From the NCBI RefSeq assembly GCF_900232105.1, contig NZ_LT934425.1, positions 1,500,001 through 1,532,000 on the forward strand: a DNA stretch of 32,000 nt. The letters are read 5' to 3'. Within the stretch, counting starts at the first letter, position 1. Every line of letters starts with the position of its first letter. This DNA is from Candidatus Kuenenia stuttgartensis. GTDB taxonomy: Bacteria; Planctomycetota; Brocadiia; Brocadiales; Brocadiaceae. Made by a program: the position numbers and the translations under genes. Under the pieces are notes generated by a model. The model did not search any database. It was not told where the DNA came from and saw only the letters and a list, made by a program, of their open reading frames with translations. This document shows positions 1 to 9,335 of this stretch, piece by piece.

Positions 1-97
1 CGTCTGCGCTATGAATTTGTTCCGAACGACTTTTGATTTTTCCAAGGGCTTCATCAATCTGATGGAGTATTGACAGAACAAGGTCATTATCAAACAT
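1..97 (-). CDS. hepT: HepT-like (DUF86) ribonuclease toxin, N-terminal part only, runs off window edge
   Basis: Reverse strand reads MFDNDLVLSILHQIDEALGKIKSRSEQIHSAD..., typical HepT N-terminus. ATG overlaps the 3' end of the MNT gene by 8 bp. Confidence 0.75.
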   Translation of the reverse strand, partial: MFDNDLVLSILHQIDEALGKIKSRSEQIHSAD

Positions 98-380
98 AGA
101 CGCCCTCTTTCTCTATGCGTTCTTTAAGAAAAGGGTTCATCTTTTCCCGCATCCTGACAATATCAACCTGTTTCCGCACCCGGCTTTCAATCTCTTCCTT
201 TATGTGCACCATTGCAAACGGGTTGGGAGTCTTTGTTTTTATACAGACGTCAACATCACTGTCCTCCCTCGCTTCATCCCGAGCAATCGAACCGAAGATT
301 CCGATTTCAAGTATGCCGTATTTATCCGCAAAGTTCTGTTTGAAGTCGCGCAAAATGGCTAGTATATCATCTCTTCCCAT
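90..380 (-). CDS. mntA: MNT-domain minimal nucleotidyltransferase antitoxin (MntA-like)
   Basis: GSIARDEAREDSDVDV matches the GSx10DxD nucleotidyltransferase motif. 96 aa, GGAGG RBS before ATG, overlaps a HepT-like gene. Confidence 0.88.
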   Translation of the reverse strand: MGRDDILAILRDFKQNFADKYGILEIGIFGSIARDEAREDSDVDVCIKTKTPNPFAMVHIKEEIESRVRKQVDIVRMREKMNPFLKERIEKEGVYV

Positions 381-482
381 TATCTGCCTCCTACTGCATT
401 TATTGCCAATATCTTCTTTCCATAACTACACCTCAATGACCTTGAGACCTTCAAACCGCAAAGGGAATAAAGGCTAGGATCA

Positions 483-1106
483 TTACCGTTTCATCAACTT
501 TCCCTGGCTTTGAGCAGTTTTGATGACAGGATGATTAGCCGTAAAGATTTGTATCCCCGGCACTGTGACAAAGTCGCCATCATCGGTAATGACCTTTAGC
601 ACACCTGCCTTTGAAATAGCTTCAAGGATAAACAGATCGTAGCCGTCGAGAGGCTGACTCGAAAGCCTTGAGAGAGCAGCATTAGTAACCTGTTCATCTA
701 TTTGAAGGTCAAGCGTTTGAGCCATTGTGTTAACCTGGCTCCAGGCGGTTTGAACTTCTGCTACGACATTGGCCCGTTCTGTTGAATGGTTATGGCGGTA
801 TTCTTTACTACCCAAGGCCCCATTAGAGCGGCTGTAAATCTCCCGCTCCGTCCTTTCGATCAGGTGTGCTAATTCTGCCAGAGAAAGTCCGCATCTGTGG
901 AGTTGGCTTTTCGCTGAAATGGTCTTGCTGATGTATGATGGATAGTCGTTTGTTTGATAAGGTTTGGGACGCGTATCCGCCAGATCTGCCCTGGAATAAG
1001 TAACCCAGTACCATACATTGGTATCCACAAGAAAGATATCGTCTTGCCCCGGTGTGTCATTGCGAATATCGATTACTTCGGCATGGACTGTATAATTGAT
1101 TGCCAT
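483..1106 (-). CDS. PIN-domain protein (predicted RNase)
   Basis: FLVDTNVWYW near the N-terminus, then DGYDLFILEAISKAGVLKVITDDGDFVTVPGIQIFTAN. Acidic residues are placed as in PIN domains. TAATG overlap with the upstream gene. Confidence 0.75.
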   Translation of the reverse strand: MAINYTVHAEVIDIRNDTPGQDDIFLVDTNVWYWVTYSRADLADTRPKPYQTNDYPSYISKTISAKSQLHRCGLSLAELAHLIERTEREIYSRSNGALGSKEYRHNHSTERANVVAEVQTAWSQVNTMAQTLDLQIDEQVTNAALSRLSSQPLDGYDLFILEAISKAGVLKVITDDGDFVTVPGIQIFTANHPVIKTAQSQGKLMKR

Positions 1107-1453
1107 TATAAAGCCTCGGACTGTTCAAGCAGGACTTCGTCAACGGCCTTACGAACGTTAGGGTTGGAATAATACTCTTTAGAGTTCTCAATAACTCTTT
1201 TGAGAACCGCTAAACCTGTAGGGACAATGTTTGTAATTTTGAGGAGGCGGTTAAGGTCGTCAGGTTTAATATCTTTGAGTAGCCGACCAATGGCGGCATT
1301 AAAGAACGGTGATGCAAATATTTTCACATCCTTAAAATCAAGGGCAACGATATTGCCGCCTGATAATTCAGGGTGTATCAAGTTGAAAATTTTCTGACCG
1401 TCCTCCAGTGTAATGCAGTTTTCACCAACCAGATCAAATACGTTTATCTTCAT
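1106..1453 (-). CDS. STAS-like (DUF4325-type) protein
   Basis: 115 aa. LSGGNIVALDFKDVKIFASPFFNAAIGRLL resembles STAS-like/DUF4325 proteins. Adjacent to a GHKL ATPase. Confidence 0.7.
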   Translation of the reverse strand: MKINVFDLVGENCITLEDGQKIFNLIHPELSGGNIVALDFKDVKIFASPFFNAAIGRLLKDIKPDDLNRLLKITNIVPTGLAVLKRVIENSKEYYSNPNVRKAVDEVLLEQSEAL

Positions 1454-1470
1454 TTTAAAACCTCCATTGA

Positions 1471-2356
1471 TTAAAAAAGCGGCTCTTCAACAACTTCTGA
1501 CGCCAAGTGGTAATATGATTCATCACAAATAAAAGTTATATTTATAAGAGTTCCTTCAAAAAATGTAGACCTGTTCAAGAACTCTTCCCGCTTGCTATCT
1601 ATGTATAGCATAACCCTCATGGCTAAATACCTCAAGTTTTCCCTTATTGATTTTTACGAACTCTTTAAGCAGATCAAGCCCCAGACCTCTATTATTTGGC
1701 TTCGTGGTTGTCCCGCGCTGAAATGCCCATTTCAGGCAGCTTGCGGCGTTCAAGGAGTGCGCCCGCGGATCATGTTTGAAAAACATTCTTACATTTGACG
1801 GTATCCCAACGCCAAAATCCACAACTGAAAGTTTAAGTTCATGTTTATTCGGGTAATGTTGACCGCAGCTAAAGATACCAATGGGCGACTGGCCATGCTC
1901 AAAGGCATTGGCGTAAATCTCCCAGACCCTGCCAACAATGGCATCCTTCAGCATTTCACTCACAGGAACCCATCCTCGCCCCAGCCAATTCGTTTTCAAG
2001 TAGTCAACCAGAACAACTTTATCTTGGCAAAAATCCTCACGATACGGGATTGAATTACCAGACCATGGAGCGCCGCCAAATCCTAATGTTGAAAAAAACC
2101 CATTCTGTTCCAAGTTTACTTTTATTTTTGGGTGAATCGTATCCAAATCAAATCGAACAATCCCGCCTCTGGCTTGAATTAACCGAGTAAGCCCACCCAG
2201 AAAGGCAACGGCATTATGGCGTAAAAACCTACAACGGTTAAATTCAAATGTCACATCCAGATTGTCGTTATTTACCTGATTCCAGAGGTTAAACAAGACA
2301 TCAAAATCTGCGGTAGTGTAGTCATTGATTGTAGGTATAGAGAGCGTTATCTTCAC
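1471..2356 (-). pseudogene. GHKL ATPase with N-terminal STAS-like region, apparent +1-nt frameshift near position 1607 (intact upstream part is ORF 1595..2356)
   Basis: N-box EIYANAFEHG, G1 VVDFGVGIP and G2 NNRGLGLDLL are present. ORF stops after SHEGYAIHR, but the next frame continues IDSKREEFLNRSTFFEGTLINITFICDESYYHLASEVVEEPLF* to 1471. GTG start overlaps the HsdS-fragment stop. Confidence 0.65.
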
Positions 2357-2574
2357 AACTCCCCTCTAAAGGCCTTTGCCAGTAAGGCTGGAGTAAAGAC
2401 TGCCAGTTCTGCCTCTGTCTCGGATTGCAATTGTTTAAGTTCTTCCGATTTCCTTTGAAGACCGTTGAGATATTCAACAATACTGCGCTGTTCTGCTTTA
2501 TCATTAGGGAATCTCATAGAAAGCGGACCAACTCCGTTTTGGTTTTTGTATAGCCCTGTTTCCTGGAAAAACAT
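2353..2574 (-). pseudogene. hsdS: C-terminal fragment of type I restriction-modification specificity subunit (HsdS)
   Basis: KAEQRSIVEYLNGLQRKSEELKQLQSETEAELAVFTPALLAKAFRGEL is characteristic of the HsdS C-terminus. No target recognition domain upstream. Confidence 0.8.
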
Positions 2575-2607
2575 GATTAATGTAACACTTTAGTTTTTTG
2601 GAAAAAC

Positions 2608-2676
2608 AGGGACGAAGCATTTGCCCGTTTGGGCAAGAATGCATTTATGGCAATTTACAGCAAATGCTTCGCCCCT
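2608..2676. repeat. Palindromic hairpin element, 17-bp arms with one mismatch
   Basis: AGGGACGAAGCATTTGC (2608-2624) pairs with GCAAATGCTTCGCCCCT (2660-2676). Inner GCCCGTTTGGGC hairpin. Confidence 0.85.
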
Positions 2677-2840
2677 ACACTGATTAATAGATACATGCAT
2701 CCATCGCTTTTCAGACGCAGTGTTTTCACAAATTCTGGTTTTGAGTGTCCAGACACATAGACTTTGAAAAAATAGCCACCCCCTGTAAACGCAATGGTAT
2801 GGTGCTCCTCTTGTATCCCCTTATTTCCAGCAAGTCAATA

Positions 2841-3058
2841 TTATTTTCCAGTCTCTACAGGTATCATCACACTTATTTCTTTCAGTGTTACAAGCCTGGA
2901 AGTATCGGGTATTTCAATTTCAAGAGTGGTAAGCCCTGCTTGTCAAGATGAAGAATTACACCCTCCTTCAAATCTATTGAGTCACCAAGCGTACCATCTC
3001 TAAGCTCTATCAGAACAATATCAGCTTCCTTTGAATATTTTATCTTCAGATGTACCAC
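2841..3058 (-). pseudogene. DUF2283-like small protein, frameshifted
   Basis: Frame 1 reads VVHLKIKYSKEADIVLIELRDGTLGDSIDLKEGVILHLDKQG. The adjacent frame continues LEIEIPDTSRLVTLKEISVMIPVETGK*. Strong AAAGGAGG sequence upstream. Confidence 0.6.
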
Positions 3059-3183
3059 CTCCTTTATAATAACGTTCTCTATAAGGGAAATCCACTGTGA
3101 GCAATATTGGTATAGATGATAGGAAATTGCTTTTCCCCATTAGGCGGTCAGATTAGCAAAAACATGGAAATTTGCAAAATTTT

Positions 3184-3741
3184 TTATTTTATCGGCTTTA
3201 TTGAATATTTATCTTTCACTTTTTCCCACATCGTCTCGGCAGCCTGCACCGAAGGTTTGCCCGCTTCTAAATGAACGAGTTTGCCGTCACGATCGTAGAC
3301 CAGGACAACCGTCTTTTTCTTAGGCACTTTCAGGGCCCGGCGGATCTCTCCGCCGTTGTCGATCAGGAGAAGCGGCTCCTTGCCGAACTGGTAATCCTTC
3401 TTCATTCCCTTGATGGCCGCGCCCTTAAATAAGCTCGGTTGCATGTCTTCCAGGAAAGCCAATTTGGCTTTGGAACCCGCTTTGGCTTTTAAGAGATACT
3501 TATTCCACTTTTCCTGGGCGGATTTATTCTTCAAAATAGGCGCCGTCACCACCAGCACTATGCCATCTTTGGAAATACTCTCGTTCGTAAACGTATTTCC
3601 ATTCGGGTCATTCAGAGAAAAGGCGGGAAGTGTTTGAGCGAAGAGCGACGCATCTGGGACTCCGAGGGTGTGTATTTTCTCTGTACAGGACACACTCGTC
3701 AACACAATGATTAAAGCAATAAATAGAAGCCAGTTTTTCAT
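3184..3741 (-). CDS. Secreted lipoprotein with thioredoxin-like/DUF4174-type fold
   Basis: Start at MKNWLLFIALIIVLTSVSC (lipobox-like) rather than the 3798 start. C-terminal KTVVLVYDRDGKLVHLEAGKPSVQAAETMWEKV. Confidence 0.6.
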   Translation of the reverse strand: MKNWLLFIALIIVLTSVSCTEKIHTLGVPDASLFAQTLPAFSLNDPNGNTFTNESISKDGIVLVVTAPILKNKSAQEKWNKYLLKAKAGSKAKLAFLEDMQPSLFKGAAIKGMKKDYQFGKEPLLLIDNGGEIRRALKVPKKKTVVLVYDRDGKLVHLEAGKPSVQAAETMWEKVKDKYSIKPIK

Positions 3742-4098
3742 GAGTTCATCTTTTTCAAAGCACCTGGTGACCCTGTATGATCCGAACGAGGACCACAACC
3801 ACGGCGATTACCCACAACATACGCTCATCCTTTCCCCCCCTCTTATCTGATCCCGCTTACACTTCGCTTGATCATGATTCAGGTTAATAGATATGTGAAT
3901 GTGCGCCACAGAGATTTCGCTATTACGCAGCTTATAATGTTGTTGTGTTGGCGTAGGTTACAAAGATTGAACAGCAACGCCGCCATTCAGATAGTACGAT
4001 ACATCCTGCCTTCTGATTGCTGACTTCTGTTTTTCTACCTTCGTTGCAGCTCCGTATTTCAAAATAGATGCTTTGTAGACAATGGAGTGCGAGTTTAA

Positions 4099-4123
4099 CA
4101 CGGACAAACGGGGTTTGTCCGTG
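4099..4123. repeat. Perfect 11-bp stem hairpin with GGG loop
   Basis: CACGGACAAAC-GGG-GTTTGTCCGTG, 56 bp downstream of hutU. No obvious T tract. Confidence 0.85.
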
Positions 4124-4178
4124 CCACCCTTATAAAAAAACTAACATTTTGCGGGCATTTTGAGTATAGCAAAAGAAA

Positions 4179-5873
4179 CTACTCCGGTATTTTTACGCCC
4201 TTTTCCTTTGCAACAATAATTGCATCTTCGTATCCGGCGTCGACATGGCGTGCGATTCCTATGCCTGGGTCTGCGGTTAAAACCCTTTCAAGTCTCTTGT
4301 CTTTCTCTGCGGTTCCGTCAGCAACGATTACCATTCCCGCATGGAGAGAGTTTCCTATCCCCACGCCGCCGCCATGGTGAAAACTTACCCAGCTTGCGCC
4401 ATTCACTGCGTTCAGGGCAAAATTCAATAACGGCCAATCGGCAATTGCATCGCTGCCGTCTTTCATGTTTTCCGTTTCCCTGTAAGGAGAAGCAACAGAA
4501 CCGCAGTCAAGATGGTCTCTTCCGATAACCACAGGCGCTTTCACCACACCCCTTCTTACCATATCATTAATAATGAGTCCCATCTTTGCGCGTTCGCCAT
4601 ATCCCATCCAGCAAATCCTTGCGGGAAGCCCTGCTTGTGGTACCTTTTGCCTTGCAAGGTTTATCCATCGAACGAGAGCCGTATCATCAGGAAAATTTTC
4701 AATAATCGCCTGGTCTATCTTATCGATGTCCGCCGTATCCCCCGATAACGCAGCCCAGCGAAACGGGCCTTTCCCCTGGCAAAACAACGGCCTGATAAAT
4801 GCGGAGACAAAGCCGGGATACCAGTAGTTCCCGTGTGAATCACGCATGGAAACACCGGCAAACTCCGCCTGTGAACGCAGATTGTTGCCGTAGTCAAAGC
4901 ATATTGCCCCGTTTCTCTGCATCTGTAAAATCGCCTTTACGTGTTCGATAATGGCGTCAAAGACCTTTTCCTTATAGACCCGTTTATTTTTCTCCCGCAC
5001 GTTATCCAATTCTTTTAAATCGCCCACCGGCACGTAGGACATTAAATCATGCGCCGGGGTTTGATCCGTTACGATATCCGGGGTTATTCCGCGTTTTACC
5101 AGTTCCGGATGAATAACAGCGGCATTCCCAACCAGTCCCACTGAAAGGGGTATTTGCCGGGATTTTGCATCAGATATCCACGACAATGCCTCATCAAGGC
5201 TCTCTGTGATTTTGTCACAATATCCCTCTCTTACCCTTTTTTCTATACGGTCCTTTCGCACTTCCACACAAAGGACTACCCCGTCATTCATTGTTACCGC
5301 AAGGGGCTGTGCGCCGCTCATGCCACCCATACCCGCGGTAAGCACGAATTTCCCCTTTAAAGAATCGGTATTCAGTACTTTTTTCGCCAATGCCGCGAAG
5401 GTTTCGTAGGTACCCTGCAAAATTCCCTGAGCGCCAATATAAATCCAGCTTCCTGCCGTCATCTGTCCATACATAGTAAGGCCGAGGGCGTCGTAATTAT
5501 CAAATATATCCTGGTTTGCCCATCCGGGGACAAGGTTGGCGTTTGCGAGGATGACCCTTGGCGCCCATTCATGCGTTTTTGCCACGTACACCGGCTTCCC
5601 CGACTGTACACAGAGCGTTTCGTCTTTTTTTAATGTTTTTAATGCGGCAACAATCCTTTGATATTCCTTCCAGTTCCTTACGGCGCGTCCATTCCCGCCA
5701 TATACAATAAGTTCTTCCGGCTGAACGGCGATATCAGGGTCAAGATTATTCATCAACATGCGCAACGCCGCCTCGCTATCCCAGTTGTCGCAGTTGAGGG
5801 TAGTTCCTGTGGGCGCCTTAATCGGGCCTTCCGGTCTGAATTCATAAAACATCGGTCGGGTCATAAGTATCAA
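4179..5873 (-). CDS. hutU: Urocanate hydratase
   Basis: [52 protein letters not shown] and [19 protein letters not shown] are diagnostic HutU blocks. Confidence 0.97.
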   Translation of the reverse strand: MILMTRPMFYEFRPEGPIKAPTGTTLNCDNWDSEAALRMLMNNLDPDIAVQPEELIVYGGNGRAVRNWKEYQRIVAALKTLKKDETLCVQSGKPVYVAKTHEWAPRVILANANLVPGWANQDIFDNYDALGLTMYGQMTAGSWIYIGAQGILQGTYETFAALAKKVLNTDSLKGKFVLTAGMGGMSGAQPLAVTMNDGVVLCVEVRKDRIEKRVREGYCDKITESLDEALSWISDAKSRQIPLSVGLVGNAAVIHPELVKRGITPDIVTDQTPAHDLMSYVPVGDLKELDNVREKNKRVYKEKVFDAIIEHVKAILQMQRNGAICFDYGNNLRSQAEFAGVSMRDSHGNYWYPGFVSAFIRPLFCQGKGPFRWAALSGDTADIDKIDQAIIENFPDDTALVRWINLARQKVPQAGLPARICWMGYGERAKMGLIINDMVRRGVVKAPVVIGRDHLDCGSVASPYRETENMKDGSDAIADWPLLNFALNAVNGASWVSFHHGGGVGIGNSLHAGMVIVADGTAEKDKRLERVLTADPGIGIARHVDAGYEDAIIVAKEKGVKIPE

Positions 5874-6271
5874 TTCCTTAAAAATCTTTAGAGGTAATTT
5901 ATTTTCACAAATGTGTCCTGTTTTAGGGGATATTACCTAAAAAAGGGGACAAGGGGGTTGTAATTTTGCATGTATTTCGAGTAAGCTGAACTGTTGGAAA
6001 AAGAGTTTATATTTATTTGAAGAAAAAAGCAATTTTAAAAATGATGCACACAACTCCTAAACTGGCATGGTTATAATCAAACAAACACGAAACGTGAAAT
6101 ACGAAAGGGGAACCTCGGATTAAAAGAAATCTCCAGTCTCCAATTACTAATGACTAATGACCAAATAAGGTACTGATTGCGTTCTTAAGCCGGAGCTTTT
6201 GAACGAGTTTTTTCAATTTTTCAAAAAACTAAATTGTTACAATGAATTTGTAATGTGGGATTCATAATACC

Positions 6272-7081
6272 TTGCCAAAACTAGCGGTAAAAGATTTTAA
6301 TCTCAGCCACACACTCTTATGCGGCCAATTGTTCCGGGTGAAAAAAATAGACGATTGGTTCTACGTTGCAGCAAAAAACCGAATATTCAAAATCCGGCAG
6401 TTATCAGAGCATGTGGAATATTATGGCGTCGGCAAAAAATTCTTAACGAATTTTTTTGCGCTTGATGAACCGTATGGCGATATACTATCGCAAATAAATA
6501 AGGATTCACACATGAACAGTGCGATAGGGAAGTTTTACGGATTGCGTATCGTGCGGCAGGATCCCTGGGAGTGTTTGATATCGTTTATGTGTTCTTCCGC
6601 CGCAAACATTCCAAAGATACAGTTAAACCTTGAAAATCTCTCAGAGTATTTTGGCGAGAAAGTGCGGCTGCATGATTTCGAATGGCACACCTTTCCCCGT
6701 CCGGGTAAACTGGACGATTACCAGCAGATTTTAATGGCAAAGACAGGATTCCGTGCAGTACATATTAAAAAGGCAAACGATACCATCAACGATGCTTTTT
6801 TAACTGCATTAAACAAACTCCCCTATCCGGAGGCTAAAAAAGCCCTGCTGCAGATTCCAGGCGTCGGAAACAAGATTGCAGACTGCGTTCTCTTGTTTTC
6901 CCTTGGGTTTTCAGAGGCGTTTCCTATTGATACATGGATAAAAAAAATCCTCCAGCGGCTTTATTTTAAAGATGAAACCGTATCAAATAATGAATTGCAC
7001 ACGTTTGGGGTGCATTATTTTGGGAAATACGCAGGATACGCCCAGCAATTCCTCTATATGCTTGCAAGAGAAAATAAATAA
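6272..7081 (+). CDS. ogg: 8-oxoguanine DNA glycosylase / AP lyase, OGG1-like HhH-GPD
   Basis: LLQIPGVGNKIADCVLLFSLGFSEAFPIDTWIKK contains the HhH-GPD catalytic Lys/Asp signature. N-terminus as in the archaeal/bacterial OGG family. Confidence 0.85.
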   Translation: MPKLAVKDFNLSHTLLCGQLFRVKKIDDWFYVAAKNRIFKIRQLSEHVEYYGVGKKFLTNFFALDEPYGDILSQINKDSHMNSAIGKFYGLRIVRQDPWECLISFMCSSAANIPKIQLNLENLSEYFGEKVRLHDFEWHTFPRPGKLDDYQQILMAKTGFRAVHIKKANDTINDAFLTALNKLPYPEAKKALLQIPGVGNKIADCVLLFSLGFSEAFPIDTWIKKILQRLYFKDETVSNNELHTFGVHYFGKYAGYAQQFLYMLARENK

Positions 7082-7209
7082 CCCGCGTTTTTGTTAACAA
7101 ACGATGGATGAAGTGCTGCCAAAAATGCGTGGATTTTAAAAAATATTTGCGTTAAGATGAGAGTTTAATTGTTTATTTGATTATTTAAATAAGAGGGAGA
7201 ATATGTAAA

Positions 7210-7410
7210 ATGGGTGAAAATAAAGTAATTACCAAGGATATGATTATTAATGATGTGATACAAAAATATTCTAAGACAATTGGTATTTTTAAGGATTTTG
7301 GCGTAGATTCCTGCTGCGGCGGTGGGTTCAGCATCGAAAAAACAGCGGCAATGAGCGGGGGAGATATGGAAAAACTGCTTGAGAAACTGAATAAGGCGAT
7401 CGACGAATAA
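7210..7410 (+). CDS. DUF542/ScdA-N-like (RIC N-terminal) small protein
   Basis: KDMIINDVIQKYSKTIGIFKDFGVDSCCGGGFSIEKTA, typical of the DUF542 domain with a CCGG motif. Confidence 0.85.
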   Translation: MGENKVITKDMIINDVIQKYSKTIGIFKDFGVDSCCGGGFSIEKTAAMSGGDMEKLLEKLNKAIDE

Positions 7411-7802
7411 CAACGGCAGACAGGTGGCGAGGCTGCATAAGCACTAAGTTAAAATGACTGATTAATTTAAACGAGCAAGGCAAGATGTCCGTGTTTTTCG
7501 AGGGCATCCCCGACCTCCGAATGAATAACGAAAGTCGAACAAGGAATTCCGAATCATGAAGTAGGAGTGTATGCAATACGCCACCACACCATGCTGCAAA
7601 ACATCGCTATTATTGGAGTTTTTCAAAAGACTAAAGTGTTACAAAGTGACATTATCAATGGCTTTAGCCCTCAGGTAAAGTTAACCCAATACGTTCCACT
7701 GCCCAGGAAATAAAGGTTAATCAACATGGTCATATGTTAATTTAAATCTCGGGTTTAATAGTGTAATTTAAACCTGACTTTATCCCGCTGCGACCCGATT
7801 AT

Positions 7803-9335
7803 ATGCTGGCAAATGTAAAAAGCGTTTCTGTTTATGGTATTGAAGGATATCTGGTGGAAGTAGAGATATGTATCGTAAAGGGAGAGATGCCTTCTACGAT
7901 TATTGTGGGGCTGCCGGATACTGCGGTAAAGGAGAGCCGGGACAGAGTAAAGGCTGCGCTGAATAACAGCGGTTACCGGTTCCCCAGTAATGTCATAATA
8001 AACCTTGCGCCTGCGGACAGAAAAAAGGAAGGGCCTGTTTTTGAACTGCCGATTGCGGTAGGGATCCTTGCCGCTACAGGCCAGTTAGAAATATCTGATC
8101 TGCACGAATATGCCATTGTGGGTGAATTATCATTAGATGGAAAGGTGCGCCCGGTAAAAGGCTGCCTGCCGATGGCATTGAAATGTCGTGAACTGGGAAT
8201 AAGGAAGCTAATCCTCCCTTCCGTGAATGCGCCTGAGGCAGCGGTAGTGGAAGGGATCGACATTCTGCCGGTTGAAACGTTTGAGCAAACGGCAGGAATC
8301 CTTTCAAAGGCAATCGTCCCTGAAAAATTCCGGATCGATCCCGACAAGATGTTCGGGAATCATACGGGATATGATGTTGATTTTGCAGAGATAAAGGGCC
8401 AGGAGCATGCAAAGCGGGCGTTAACCGTCGCGGTGGCGGGCAATCATAATGTACTGCTGGTTGGGCCGCCGGGGGCGGGGAAAACAATGCTTGTGCAGCG
8501 TATCCCTACGATCATGCCGCAGCTTACCCTTGAAGAGGCTCTCGAAACCACAAAAATATACAGCGTGCTGGGGCTTCTGGATGCAAAGAAATATTTAATT
8601 GCAACAAGGCCGTTCAGGGCGCCCCACCATACCATCAGCACTGCAGGATTGATTGGCGGCGGGTCTGCCCCAAGGGCGGGAGAAATCAGCCTTTCACATA
8701 ACGGGGTATTATTCATGGACGAACTTCCCGAGTTCGACAGAAAAACGCTGGAAGTGCTTCGCCAGCCGCTGGAGACGGGCGATGTTACAATATCGCGGGC
8801 TATGAATTCGGTGACGTACCCTGCCAGTTTTATGCTGGTGTGCGCAATGAACCCTTGCCCGTGCGGATACTATACCGACAGGAAAAAGGAATGCCGCTGC
8901 ACTTCATATCAGATACAAAAATACTCTTCCAAGGTATCAGGGCCTCTGATGGACAGGATTGATATCCATCTGGAGATACCGGCGGTAAGTTACAGGGAGC
9001 TTTTATCGGACGCAGAAGGACATTCCTCTGAATCGTTAAGAGAAAAGACAGTTCGTGCGAGAGAGATACAGAGAGAACGCTTTCATGGACAAAAAATAAA
9101 GGTAAATGCACATATGACTTCAAAACAGCTAAAAAAATATTGCGTGCTGGACAAGCAGGCAGAATCGTTGCTGCATCAGGCAATGGTAGCGCTGGGCATC
9201 TCCGCCCGCGGACACAGCAAAATACTAAAGGTTGCCCGCACCATTGCTGATCTGGACGGGAGCGATGCAATAAAAGAGGAACATATTTCTGAAGCGACAC
9301 AGTACAGAAGCCTGGACAGAGGGCTGCAGAAATGA
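7803..9335 (+). CDS. comM: YifB/ComM-family Mg-chelatase-like AAA+ ATPase
   Basis: MLANVKSVSVYGIEGYLVEVEICIVKGEMPSTIIVGLPDTAVKESRDRVKAAL, Walker A VGPPGAGKTM, RPFRAPHHTIS. Confidence 0.96.
   Translation: MLANVKSVSVYGIEGYLVEVEICIVKGEMPSTIIVGLPDTAVKESRDRVKAALNNSGYRFPSNVIINLAPADRKKEGPVFELPIAVGILAATGQLEISDLHEYAIVGELSLDGKVRPVKGCLPMALKCRELGIRKLILPSVNAPEAAVVEGIDILPVETFEQTAGILSKAIVPEKFRIDPDKMFGNHTGYDVDFAEIKGQEHAKRALTVAVAGNHNVLLVGPPGAGKTMLVQRIPTIMPQLTLEEALETTKIYSVLGLLDAKKYLIATRPFRAPHHTISTAGLIGGGSAPRAGEISLSHNGVLFMDELPEFDRKTLEVLRQPLETGDVTISRAMNSVTYPASFMLVCAMNPCPCGYYTDRKKECRCTSYQIQKYSSKVSGPLMDRIDIHLEIPAVSYRELLSDAEGHSSESLREKTVRAREIQRERFHGQKIKVNAHMTSKQLKKYCVLDKQAESLLHQAMVALGISARGHSKILKVARTIADLDGSDAIKEEHISEATQYRSLDRGLQK

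Noticed and set aside
115-477. Plus-strand 120-aa ORF over the MNT gene
   Set aside because: Low-complexity serine-rich translation antisense to a clearly recognisable MNT protein.
4220-5409. Several antisense ORFs within hutU (4220..4528, 4512..4748, 5154..5360)
   Set aside because: Strong HutU coding on the opposite strand explains the open frames. No recognisable domains.
7973-8716. Antisense ORFs in the comM-like gene, up to 137 aa
   Set aside because: Shadow ORFs of a conserved AAA+ gene with low-complexity products.
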